A stretch of 64,000 bases of DNA. Origin: a bacterium (GTDB taxonomy: Bacteria; UBA8248). The translations under genes and the position numbers were made by a program. The stretch spans positions 1,632,001 through 1,696,000 of the forward strand of contig OZ242260.1 of NCBI GenBank assembly GCA_965207065.1, in the 5' to 3' direction. This document shows, piece after piece, positions 1-8,969 of this stretch. The notes under the pieces are model-generated. The model saw only the letters and a program-made list of their open reading frames with translations. It had not been told where the DNA came from and made no database searches. Position 1 is the stretch's first letter. Each line of letters opens with the position of its first letter.

Positions 1-1
1 G

Positions 2-88
2 CACGGGTTCACGGCGAGCGTGCTGCCGCTTCACTGGCGGGGCGCCACCGGGACGCACATCCGCGCCGTCGCCATCGTGAACGGGTAG
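2..88 (+). CDS. 3' end of probable cyclase (kynurenine formamidase-like) family protein, truncated by window start
   Basis: Frame 2 reads HGFTASVLPLHWRGATGTHIRAVAIVNG*, resembling the cyclase C-terminal 'P-L-x-x-x-G-x-T-G-x-x-x-R-A-V-A' motif. Confidence 0.55.
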   Translation, partial: HGFTASVLPLHWRGATGTHIRAVAIVNG

Positions 89-94
89 CCGAGC

Positions 95-1138
95 GTGTCC
101 TCCACGGGCCGCAGGGATGCTGGAAAACGGGTGGCTCGCCTCGCCGTTTTCTCGCTCGCGCTGCTCGTGGGAGCGCTCCTGGCGGGAGGAATCGCCGGCG
201 CCGCGAAGCCGCCCAACTCACTGAAATCGAAGGGGAAGGAATACCGCGAGGCGAGAGTCAAGCTGTATGAACGCACGCTCAAGAAGCATCTGGCAGCCGA
301 CCCCTATCCACTGATCGATCTGGAAATCTCGCTTGAGAAGTGGAAGAGCGCGGCAGGGCTCATCGAGGGCATGGACCGGGCGGGCGTCGCGCTGGGCGCA
401 GTCACCTCGGCGAGCGAGGAGGCGGTCAAAAAGGCGGTAGAGCGCTACCCTGACCGACTGATACCGTTAACCACCTCGGCGGCTCAAAAAGACTGGACGC
501 AGGCCGACGGCGGTTATCTGGCCGGCATCAAGCGGCAGCTCGCGGTCGGCGCGTTCGGGGTCGGGAAGGTCACCTGGCGGCCGGGAGCCACCGGTAAGGG
601 GCAGATGAAGCAAGCCGGAGAAGCTTTGGGGGCGGTTATCCGTCTGGCAGTCGAAAGACGAAGCTTTCTCCTGCTCGACATGCCGCCCGATGACGGCGGT
701 CTGGAGCTGCTCGAGAGGCTATTGAGAGAGACGCCCGAGGCGAATCTCGTCTGGGTGAAAGCCGGTAGGATATTGAATCTGAACGCCTTACCGGGGTACG
801 GGCATGGGCTTCTTCGGGCGCTGAGCCTGAGGCACGCGGGTCTTTTCTTCACATTGACGCAGGACCCGCCCGCCCCCGCCGATTCACCCCCTCCGAGAAC
901 AAACCACCTGTATGACCCGGGCGGGGCGTTCTCGCGCGAATGGCGGGCGTTGCTCGAAGCGCGCGTGGGGCATTTCACCGCCGGGAACGATGCCTCCCCC
1001 GCCACTCCAGCGGCCTATGCGGGGAGGACACGCTTTTTTCGCCGAAACGTCCTCGCGAATATCAGCCCCGCCGCCGGAAAGCTCATCGCCTACCGGAACG
1101 CATGGCGGCTCCTCACGAACCGGCGCTGGAAGCCTTGA
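95..1138 (+). CDS. Secreted amidohydrolase-fold-like protein with degenerate metal ligands
   Basis: N-terminal signal-like segment (LAVFSLALLVGALLAGGIAGAA); amidohydrolase_2-like layout (MDRAGV, YPDRLIP, IAYRNAWRLL) but His ligands absent. Confidence 0.55.
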   Translation: MSSTGRRDAGKRVARLAVFSLALLVGALLAGGIAGAAKPPNSLKSKGKEYREARVKLYERTLKKHLAADPYPLIDLEISLEKWKSAAGLIEGMDRAGVALGAVTSASEEAVKKAVERYPDRLIPLTTSAAQKDWTQADGGYLAGIKRQLAVGAFGVGKVTWRPGATGKGQMKQAGEALGAVIRLAVERRSFLLLDMPPDDGGLELLERLLRETPEANLVWVKAGRILNLNALPGYGHGLLRALSLRHAGLFFTLTQDPPAPADSPPPRTNHLYDPGGAFSREWRALLEARVGHFTAGNDASPATPAAYAGRTRFFRRNVLANISPAAGKLIAYRNAWRLLTNRRWKP

Positions 1139-1264
1139 TTCACGAAATTCCCCCGTATCCGTTGCATCCGGCCAGGCGCACGGGGATAATGCCGACCTTC
1201 GGGATTGAAACCATCCCGAACATGATTTCCCGATAATACAGCTTACGATCAAGGAGTTCGCCTC

Positions 1265-2413
1265 ATGTACAGCATACGCCACCCGCAACGGACCTGGTTC
1301 GGCCTCGGAACCATAGCGAAAATCAAGGATGAAGCGGAGTTTCTGGGCGCCCGCAACGCGCTTTTCTTCACGGACAAGGGCGTCAGGGGCGCAGGTGTGG
1401 CCGACATGGCGCTGGCCCCTCTCGATGAGGCCGGCGTCACGGTAACGATATACGATGAGTGCCCGCCCGAGCCCGCCATCGGCGACCTGGAACAAGCGTT
1501 TGATGAATTCAAAAACGGCTCATTCGACCTCGTCGTCGGGGTCGGTGGCGGCAGTTCGATGGACATGGCGAAATCCATCGGTGTGCTGCTGGGTAACGAA
1601 GGCGCGCCAAGGGATTACCTGGGGGTAGAACTCGTTCCGAAACCGGGCCTTTCCACGATTTTGGCGCCCACCACGAGCGGAACCGGCGCCGAGGCCACGC
1701 CCAACGCCATCTTCTCGGTGCCGGAAGAACAGGTGAAACTGGCCATCGTGAGCACGCACGTCATACCTTTCGCCGCCATCGTCGACCCCAAGCTCACGAT
1801 TTCCGCACCGCCGAAGGTCACATCCGCCGCCGGTGTGGACGCCTTCACGCATTGCCTGGAAACCTACGTGGCCAGAAACGCCACCCCCTTGAGCGAGATG
1901 TACAGCCTGGAGGGCATGAAACTCATCGCCCGCTCATTGAGGCGCGTATGTGACGACGGAAGCGACATCGAGGCCAGGACCGACATGGCCTTGGGTTCAT
2001 ACTATGGCGGGGTCGCGCTCGCAGGGGCAGGCGCGGGGGCCATCCATGCCCTGGCGTATCCACTCGGCTCGCGGTTCCATATTCCCCACGGGGTAAGCAA
2101 CTCGCTGATGTTCTCCCACGTCATGAAGGAAAACCACGCGGCGGTGCCTGAGAAATTCGCCCGCATCGCCCGAATACTGGGCGAATCCACGGATGGCATA
2201 GCCGAAGCCGAAGCGGCGGAACTTTCCGTTGGCGCGGTCGAGAAGCTTTGTCGTGACTGCGGGGTGCCTACCCGACTCGGCGAAGTGGATGTGCCCGCAC
2301 ACGCCATCCCGGAGTTGGCCGAAGCCGCCTTCAAGCTTGAACGTCTGTTAAGTTGTAATCCCAAAGAACTTTCGCTCGAGGACATCGAGAGAATCTATCG
2401 CGCTGCGGCTTGA
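1265..2413 (+). CDS. Iron-containing alcohol dehydrogenase
   Basis: GGGSSMDMAK, PTTSGTGAE, DAFTHCLE, HALAYPLG..HIPHG motifs; AAGGAG RBS. Confidence 0.93.
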   Translation: MYSIRHPQRTWFGLGTIAKIKDEAEFLGARNALFFTDKGVRGAGVADMALAPLDEAGVTVTIYDECPPEPAIGDLEQAFDEFKNGSFDLVVGVGGGSSMDMAKSIGVLLGNEGAPRDYLGVELVPKPGLSTILAPTTSGTGAEATPNAIFSVPEEQVKLAIVSTHVIPFAAIVDPKLTISAPPKVTSAAGVDAFTHCLETYVARNATPLSEMYSLEGMKLIARSLRRVCDDGSDIEARTDMALGSYYGGVALAGAGAGAIHALAYPLGSRFHIPHGVSNSLMFSHVMKENHAAVPEKFARIARILGESTDGIAEAEAAELSVGAVEKLCRDCGVPTRLGEVDVPAHAIPELAEAAFKLERLLSCNPKELSLEDIERIYRAAA

Positions 2414-2415
2414 AT

Positions 2416-3201
2416 ATGTCCATGGAATCATCTTCTTCGCAAGAGTTGCGCCCGCTGATGGACATCACCCCCGGCGATATGGTCTGCGTCATGGGTGCCG
2501 GCGGCAAGGCCACGCTCATGAAGCGGCTCATCCGCGAGATGCTCGACGAGCCGTTCCCCGTCATCATCACCAGTACGACGAATCTTCACGCCCTGGGTGG
2601 CGAAGACGCCCCACCCGTTTTACTGAGCGAGAAGGGTCGCACCGAGTTGCAATCCGCCGCCCATGAGTGGTCCAGGCGCGGCGCAGTTGTCTGGGTGGAG
2701 AAAAAACTGCCTCAGAATATGTTTCGCGGCCTCGAGGCAAGTCAAGTGGAGGCGCTGCACGCTTCAGGTTTTAACGGCGTGATGGTCGTAAAAACCGATG
2801 GCGCCAGAAAACGGCTCATCAAGGCCCCGGGACCGGGTGAACCGGTCATTCCCGAAGGAGCGTCTCATTGCGTACTCGTGTTGGGGCTTACCGCAATCGG
2901 CCAGAAAGCTGATAAGAAAATCGTCCATCGCATGGAAACAGTCCGCGCCATCGCAGGCTTAGACGCCGGGGAAGTAATCGGAGCAGATCATCTGGCGAGA
3001 TTGGCGAGTCATCCGGAGAGCTACCCGAGTCGGTTTCCCAAAAGCACAAAGCGAATACTCTACCTGAGCCATTGCACTTCCCCAAAAGCCCTTGAGGACG
3101 CCCAAGCGATTTTCGAGGCCGTACCCGATGGCATTTACGATTACCTGCTCACGGGAGATTCTGTAGCGGGGAAATTTTATAGCAGGAGAGTACATAAATG
3201 A
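2416..3201 (+). CDS. yqeC: YqeC-like selenium-cofactor / selenium-dependent molybdenum hydroxylase accessory protein
   Basis: GAGGKAT P-loop-like motif, IITSTT, VKTDGARKRLIKAPGPGEPVIP and IVHR are characteristic of YqeC; start codon uncertain (2410/2416/2422). Confidence 0.75.
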   Translation: MSMESSSSQELRPLMDITPGDMVCVMGAGGKATLMKRLIREMLDEPFPVIITSTTNLHALGGEDAPPVLLSEKGRTELQSAAHEWSRRGAVVWVEKKLPQNMFRGLEASQVEALHASGFNGVMVVKTDGARKRLIKAPGPGEPVIPEGASHCVLVLGLTAIGQKADKKIVHRMETVRAIAGLDAGEVIGADHLARLASHPESYPSRFPKSTKRILYLSHCTSPKALEDAQAIFEAVPDGIYDYLLTGDSVAGKFYSRRVHK

Positions 3202-4355
3202 TCGGCGCGGCCGCAATCAGAAAAGCGCTTGAAGCCAGACAAGAGGAAATCATCGAACAAATCGCCCATGTGGTGAACATCGACTCCCCGACGTTTCCCA
3301 GCAAGGGTACGAACGCCGTCTCCTCCCATTTCGCTGGAAAATATCGCGCCATGGGAGCTGACGTAGAGATGATCCCGGGAACGCATGAAACGGGAGATCA
3401 TCTTCTGGTGACGTTTCTCGGCAAAAGAGAAATCGGCCCCCACATATTCCTGATCGGGCATTGCGACACCGTTTTCCCCGAGGGAACCGCCGCGCAAAGA
3501 CCGTTCACCATAGAAGACGGGATTGCCTGCGGCCCCGGGGTGGCCGACATGAAAGGATGTCTGGTGGTTTGTCAATTCGCAATGGAGGCCTTACTGGCTG
3601 AAGGATTCGAGGAGTTCGGGAAAATCAGCATCTTATATGATACCGATGAAGAACGCGGGAATCCCTCATCGAGGGAACTGATCGAACGAATCGGGAAAGA
3701 TGCTGCGGCCGCCTTGATCATCGAGTCCGGCCGCGCAAACGGCTCCATCGTATCTTCGAGAAAAGGGAGTTGCTACGGGAAATTGCTCGTCAGCGGCGTC
3801 TCGGCCCATGCAGGGGTAGACCCTGAAAGAGGCAGAAGCGCCGTACACGAACTCGCACACAAAATGGTGACTATCCAAAACCTGGAACAAAAAGGCGGAA
3901 CCATCAATTTCACCGGTCTTTCGGGTGGGGACAGGCCGCACATCGTGGCGGACAAAGCTTCTTGTCACATTGAAGTGCGTGCAGACCGGCAGACAACCCT
4001 TGATTCCATGACGGATGAGCTGCTTCGAATTGTTTCCAAATCACATATTGAAGGCACACATTCAGAATTTAATAAAATCAGCGGTAGGCCCGCCATGGAA
4101 TTCAACCATGGGACGGAAAAACTCTTGTCTATCGCGGCAGTAATCGCCCGGGATGCGGGCGTCGAACTTAAGCACGGCCCCACCGGTGGGGGTTCCGACG
4201 GGAATTATCTCTCACCGCTTGGAGTTGCCGTTCTGGATGGTCTGGGACCTGTGGGGGGAAATCTGCACACGGATGAGGAATACATGGAACTCGACTCCAT
4301 CGCTCCGAGAGGCGCGCTGCTTGGCGGGTTGATAGAAAGTCTGTCTGTAAAATGA
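3198..4355 (+). CDS. M20 family metallopeptidase (glutamate carboxypeptidase-like)
   Basis: GHCDTVF, GPGVADMKG, DEERG, HAG, GGGSDGN, H-T-D-E-E motifs; ATGA-type overlap with the upstream gene. Confidence 0.92.
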   Translation: MIGAAAIRKALEARQEEIIEQIAHVVNIDSPTFPSKGTNAVSSHFAGKYRAMGADVEMIPGTHETGDHLLVTFLGKREIGPHIFLIGHCDTVFPEGTAAQRPFTIEDGIACGPGVADMKGCLVVCQFAMEALLAEGFEEFGKISILYDTDEERGNPSSRELIERIGKDAAAALIIESGRANGSIVSSRKGSCYGKLLVSGVSAHAGVDPERGRSAVHELAHKMVTIQNLEQKGGTINFTGLSGGDRPHIVADKASCHIEVRADRQTTLDSMTDELLRIVSKSHIEGTHSEFNKISGRPAMEFNHGTEKLLSIAAVIARDAGVELKHGPTGGGSDGNYLSPLGVAVLDGLGPVGGNLHTDEEYMELDSIAPRGALLGGLIESLSVK

Positions 4356-4373
4356 GGAGCTCATCAAGAGTTT

Positions 4374-5624
4374 TCAATATTCCAAAGGCATTCCAATCTC
4401 CGATCTGGGCTTAGGTTCTGCGACCACTTTGTCTCTCACCAACTCTTCTATTCTTTCATCACTCCACCCTAGATTTTCGGACAATACTTTGCGTGTATGT
4501 TCCCCGTGCAAGGGGGCCGGCCCTTGCACCTTGCCCGGATGCTCGGAAAATTTTGGGGGAACACCGGTAGTGTTCATTTTACCCAGAAGCGAATGGTTCG
4601 TTTCCACCACCATCTCTCTGTGGCGAACCTGCTCATCCTCGAGGGCTTCGCCGACATCATAAACCGGGCCGCAGGGAATCCCTTTTTCCTCCAGTAATTT
4701 CAGCCATTCATTCCCGTTTCGTCTGCAGAGATACTGCTCCAAAATGGGGATGAGTTCATGGCGATTTTTCGCGCGGCTTGGGATGTCGACGAACCTCGGG
4801 TCATTCGCCAACTCGGGAGCCTCGATGATGTCGCAAAAATAACCCCAGAACCGATCGCTCGTCACACCGATGATGATTTCCTTATCCTTGGTCTTAAGCG
4901 CCTGATAGGGAACGATTTGAAAATGGGCCGAACCCCACCGCTCGCTCATGCTGCCATCCATGAAATAGCAGCCGCTCAGGTTGGTGAGCAGCGACACGCT
5001 GCTGTCGAGAAGAGACAGATCGATGTATTGCCCCTTGCCCGTCTTCTCCCTGGCAAACAATGCGCTACTAACGCTATAAGCCGCCCACATGCCCGCCGTG
5101 AGGTCACTGAGCGGAACCCCGGCCTTGCAAGGTCCGCCGTCCGGTTCGCCCGTTGCACTCATGATGCCGCTCATCGCCTGGCCGACGATGTCAAAACCCG
5201 AGCGCTCCCGATACGGGCCCGTCTGTCCGAAGCCGGAGACGGAAACGTATATCAGTCGAGGGTTCAAGGCGGACAGCGCCTCATAACCGACGCCCAGGCG
5301 CGCCACGACGCCAGGACGAAAATTCTCGACAACAACATCCACCTTTTCAGCGATGGCGCGAGCGATTTCGAGGCCTTCGCTTTTTTTGAGGTCGACCACG
5401 ATACTCTTCTTGCCGTGGTTCACACCCAAAAAATAGGCGCTTTCTCCTTTCTTGAACGGAGGACCCCAAGTGCGGGTTTCATCGCCGTTTCCGGGAGATT
5501 CGAGCTTGATGATTTCCGCTCCCAGATCCGAGAGCATCGTGGTGCAAAAAGGTCCGGCGAGAATTCGGGACATATCCAACACGCGAATTCCCTTCAATGG
5601 TCCCTGTGCGTTCATAATCCCCAT
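4374..5624 (-). CDS. CaiB/BaiF family III CoA-transferase
   Basis: LAGPFCTTMLSDLGAEIIKLE, VENFRPG, SGFGQTGPY..RSGFD motifs. Confidence 0.93.
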   Translation of the reverse strand: MGIMNAQGPLKGIRVLDMSRILAGPFCTTMLSDLGAEIIKLESPGNGDETRTWGPPFKKGESAYFLGVNHGKKSIVVDLKKSEGLEIARAIAEKVDVVVENFRPGVVARLGVGYEALSALNPRLIYVSVSGFGQTGPYRERSGFDIVGQAMSGIMSATGEPDGGPCKAGVPLSDLTAGMWAAYSVSSALFAREKTGKGQYIDLSLLDSSVSLLTNLSGCYFMDGSMSERWGSAHFQIVPYQALKTKDKEIIIGVTSDRFWGYFCDIIEAPELANDPRFVDIPSRAKNRHELIPILEQYLCRRNGNEWLKLLEEKGIPCGPVYDVGEALEDEQVRHREMVVETNHSLLGKMNTTGVPPKFSEHPGKVQGPAPLHGEHTRKVLSENLGWSDERIEELVRDKVVAEPKPRSEIGMPLEY

Positions 5625-5755
5625 CCTGTGTTGCGAGCAAGAAGTTTTTTTCGAGATTATAGAATGTGCAAAGACGCGGGGCAGTCTGTCAAGGAATCTC
5701 CGTTAAATTCAAGGCGTTTCTCCCTACGTCGAGGGCATGGGCAGGATGAACGCTT

Positions 5756-6784
5756 TCAAGCCGAAAAATGCTCCCAAGCGAGGTTATCCAACGCGAAAAT
5801 CCCGTCTGCGCGTTTGAGAGAAATTCCTTGAGTGACCGGCAGGATTTCTCCGATGGGCGTAAGCGGCGCCCCGCACGCCCGCCGGAGGACTTCTTGAAGC
5901 GCGCGAACGGATTCAGCGGGTGTCGTAACGAGAAGTTCATAGTCCTCTCCACCGTGCAACGCCCACTCCATGGGCTTTTTCTCGGCTACCGAGGCTGTTT
6001 CGAGCAGGGCGCCGGAGACGGGCAGTTCGGATTCCCAGAGGAGCGCGCCTGTTCCGCTCGCCTCACACAGGTGACGGATATCGCCCGCCAGACCATCGCT
6101 GATGTCCATCATTGCGGTCGCAAACCCCGACTCCGCGATAACTACCCCTTCCGCAACCCGGGGCTGCGGTTCGAGTTGCACGCGGGTGAGCGAGGCATGC
6201 ACGTCTTCGCGGAGTTGGATGTGCGGTGTGGAGGACAAGTGAAGCCCTGCTGCGGCATCTCCCAAATATCCCGTCACCAGAATCTGGTCCCCTGCGCGGG
6301 CGCCGTTTCTGCGAAGAATCTTCTCCTCCATCACCTCGCCGACGAGGAACACGTCCACGAACAAAGGCCCACTCGTCCGCGTGACGTTTCCACCCAGAAC
6401 CAAAATGTCGTATCGCTCAGAGAGCGCGCGAACCCCGCCATACAAGTCATCGAGAAACGAAATTGCTGTCTCTTCGGGTATGCCCAACGAGATGAGTGCG
6501 AAGCGCGGCTTTCCCCCCATGGCCGCCACATCGCTCACATTCACAGCCAGCGACTTGTAACCCACGGCGAATCCCGAAACATTCCCCGTGGACGGGAAAT
6601 GCACGCCGCTCACCTGCGCATCGCACGTCACAACCCAGCATTTTCCATCCGCCGCTTTGATGACGGCCGCATCATCTCCATTGCCTACGATGACGTCTGT
6701 GTCGTTCCCCACCGATCCGAGTACGTCTCTTAGACGCTCTATCAGGGCGAATTCGCCGATCTCACCAGCCGACTTGCCACTCAT
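5756..6784 (-). CDS. thiL: Thiamine-monophosphate kinase
   Basis: GEFALIE, GDDAAV, VNVSDVAAMGG, DISDGL, GGEDYEL. Confidence 0.95.
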   Translation of the reverse strand: MSGKSAGEIGEFALIERLRDVLGSVGNDTDVIVGNGDDAAVIKAADGKCWVVTCDAQVSGVHFPSTGNVSGFAVGYKSLAVNVSDVAAMGGKPRFALISLGIPEETAISFLDDLYGGVRALSERYDILVLGGNVTRTSGPLFVDVFLVGEVMEEKILRRNGARAGDQILVTGYLGDAAAGLHLSSTPHIQLREDVHASLTRVQLEPQPRVAEGVVIAESGFATAMMDISDGLAGDIRHLCEASGTGALLWESELPVSGALLETASVAEKKPMEWALHGGEDYELLVTTPAESVRALQEVLRRACGAPLTPIGEILPVTQGISLKRADGIFALDNLAWEHFSA

Positions 6785-7425
6785 TCTTTCGCCCTCTCAA
6801 TGCGATTGCGCAATTCCCTTGTCGCGGCTTCCGGGTTTGGTGCCCCCATAACCGCGCCGATTACAGCTACGCCGGAGGCGCCGGCTTCGATGACGGGCTC
6901 CACGTTCTCGATACCGATCCCCCCGATGGCGACGGCGGGCAAACCAGGGGCATGTTCGATAATCCGCCGAAATCCTTCTGGCCCAATCGGCTCTCTCGCA
7001 TCGGCCTTGTTGCCCGTCGCGTAGATGGGACCTACGCCGATATAATCCGCATCCTCAGCGGCGGCTCGCGACGCCCATTCGGATTTTCCGGCTGTTACGC
7101 CATAAATCAACACATCTCCGCCTATCGCCCTGGCCCTCGGGAGCGGGAAATCCTCCTGTCCCAGATGCACCCCCTCCGCGCCACACGCCATGGCGACGTC
7201 CAACCGATCATTCACCGTCAAAGCACAGCCGGTTCCCTCCAGAGCATCTCGCAATTCATCAGCCAAGCGAATCATCTCCACACCACTCATATTTTTCTCG
7301 CGAAGCTGGACCATACCGGCCCCACTTATCGCGGCTGCCCGAACCGCGTCCCTCAGCTTCCATCCGGAAGCCTTCGCCAGAACCTTGCGGTCGGTAATGA
7401 CAACCAGCGATGGGTCGAATTTCAT
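6781..7425 (-). CDS. thiE: Thiamine-phosphate synthase
   Basis: VQLREK, VNDRLDVA, GVHLGQED, VAIGGI; overlaps the thiL start by 4 nt. Confidence 0.93.
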   Translation of the reverse strand: MKFDPSLVVITDRKVLAKASGWKLRDAVRAAAISGAGMVQLREKNMSGVEMIRLADELRDALEGTGCALTVNDRLDVAMACGAEGVHLGQEDFPLPRARAIGGDVLIYGVTAGKSEWASRAAAEDADYIGVGPIYATGNKADAREPIGPEGFRRIIEHAPGLPAVAIGGIGIENVEPVIEAGASGVAVIGAVMGAPNPEAATRELRNRIERAKE

Positions 7426-7614
7426 GGCGTCCCCCAAGCAGACAAGAGCAAAACTACCACGTTGATAATGAAACACGACTACCATGATAAGCAAGACAAT
7501 CCATGTTGAAGAATGCGTTTATCAATGAGAGGAGAAAAAATAATGAGGGATGTATCTCTTGCGTATTTCTTTCATGCTTGAGAATCTCTTCTTCTATCTT
7601 AAAAGGAGAGCATC

Positions 7615-8214
7615 ATGAGTTGGATCCAACCCATTTCTCCGGATGCCGTGGAGGGAGCAACAAAAGAAATTATCGAAGACCTGCGCAAGGCGAGAAAACC
7701 CATTCCAAAAATATTTCTCGAGATGGGAAGAAGACCCGGCATTTTGGCAGGGCGTGAAATGCTCCGCAATTCCGTACATGGCGGCTCGAGTCTCGGCACT
7801 AGGAGAGCGGAACTGCTTGCGTACTACGTGGCGGCTCATGGGGGCTGATACGGCTGAGCGATGAACCACGGGCAGTTGTTCCGTGACGCATGCGATGGTG
7901 TTTCCATCGCTGAAGTGGCTAAAGTACTAGACGACCCGAAGCAAGCGGATATCCTCGATCCCGCGGACCGAGTCATGCTCGACTATGCAGAGAAGATCAC
8001 ATACACGCCCCACGATATGGAAAAAACGGACATCGAGCGTTTGAGGCGCGTCGGCTTCAGCGAGGAGAATATCGTGGACATCATCGCTGCTGCGGTTTAT
8101 CGAAACTTCGCCAATTCCATAAACTACGCCTTCGGGCACGTGGAGCAAAACCCCGAAGGACCCGAGGAGTTGAATGCCGCCATCCAGAGGTTGAAAAAGA
8201 AGATTCGTGGCTAA
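7615..8214 (+). CDS. AhpD/CMD (peroxidase-related) family selenoprotein with two selenocysteines, UxxU (U78, U81); 199 aa
   Basis: ORFs 7615-7848 and 7861-8214 are in the same frame, joined by TGA TAC GGC TGA GCG. The joined protein reads ..LGTRRAELLAYYVAAHGG-U-Y-G-U-AMNHG.., placing both TGAs at the AhpD CxxC..H site; AAGGAG RBS at the 5' end; SECIS-like hairpin follows. Confidence 0.85.
7858..7889 (+). promoter_or_regulatory. Putative bacterial SECIS element
   Basis: Stem CACGG(7867-71)/CCGTG(7881-85), G.U and C-G pairs with a bulged U, apical loop AGUU (G at 7875); lower GCG/CGC pairing. Confidence 0.65.
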
Positions 8215-8950
8215 CAAATCACAAACCCTCTCATCTATATCGTATGTGGGCCTGTTCATATCGGGCACCTGCGCGCTGGCCGCTGCGGCTTCGGGACTGG
8301 GCCATCGCTGGGGATTTTGGCATTTCAGCACGGGGTTCCAGATTTTCAAGTCCGCATCCGTTATCGCTCTGATATCAGTCGCCGTATCCATGGCAGGTGG
8401 GCTATTTGCCCTGCGCGACGCCTCGAGATTGAGAACCGTCTGCGCCGCTCTCGGCATCGCGCTGGGTTTTACCGTAGCAGGTTTTCTGTATTCGCACATG
8501 CAAATTGCGAGACGGGTGCCCAAGATTCACGACATCACCACGGACAACCGAAACCCTCCCGCTTTTCAAGTCGTTCTTGCACTCAGAAAAGGAGCGAAAA
8601 ACCCTCCTGGGTATGAGGGGACGCGCATTGCGCGGCTCCAGATAAAAGCGTATCCGGACATCAAGCCAGTCACATTCCGGGATTCAAAAGAAGAAGTTTT
8701 CAAGCGCGCCCTCGACGCCGCACGCGCCATGGGCTGGCATGTGGTGTCATCCAAACCAACCGAAGGCCACATCGAGGCTTATGACACGACTTTCTGGTAC
8801 GGTTTCATCGACGACATCGTTATACGGATCACGTCGAACAGCGGGATGACGCGCCTCGATATCCGCTCGAAATCCCGCGTCGGCGTCGGGGACATCGGTG
8901 CGAACGCCCGGCGGATACGCGGCTTTTTCGAAAAACTGAAATTAAGATAA
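8207..8950 (+). CDS. DUF1499-domain membrane protein
   Basis: Three N-terminal TM segments, then IHDITTD..NPPAF, TTFWYGFIDDIVIRI, RSKSRVGVGDIGANARRI. Confidence 0.88.
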   Translation: MANKSQTLSSISYVGLFISGTCALAAAASGLGHRWGFWHFSTGFQIFKSASVIALISVAVSMAGGLFALRDASRLRTVCAALGIALGFTVAGFLYSHMQIARRVPKIHDITTDNRNPPAFQVVLALRKGAKNPPGYEGTRIARLQIKAYPDIKPVTFRDSKEEVFKRALDAARAMGWHVVSSKPTEGHIEAYDTTFWYGFIDDIVIRITSNSGMTRLDIRSKSRVGVGDIGANARRIRGFFEKLKLR

Positions 8951-8969
8951 ACTCCGGTATACCAATTTC

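Noticed and set aside
7426-7614. TPP riboswitch upstream of thiE-thiL
   Set aside because: No recognisable CUGAGA / AUACCUG-type core in the short AT-rich intergenic region
7846-7857. Genome-wide UGA reassignment (code 4/25) as the explanation for in-frame TGAs
   Set aside because: Many genes here (serS, speE, speB, amidase) end at TGA at the expected family length; internal TGAs occur only at redox Cys positions
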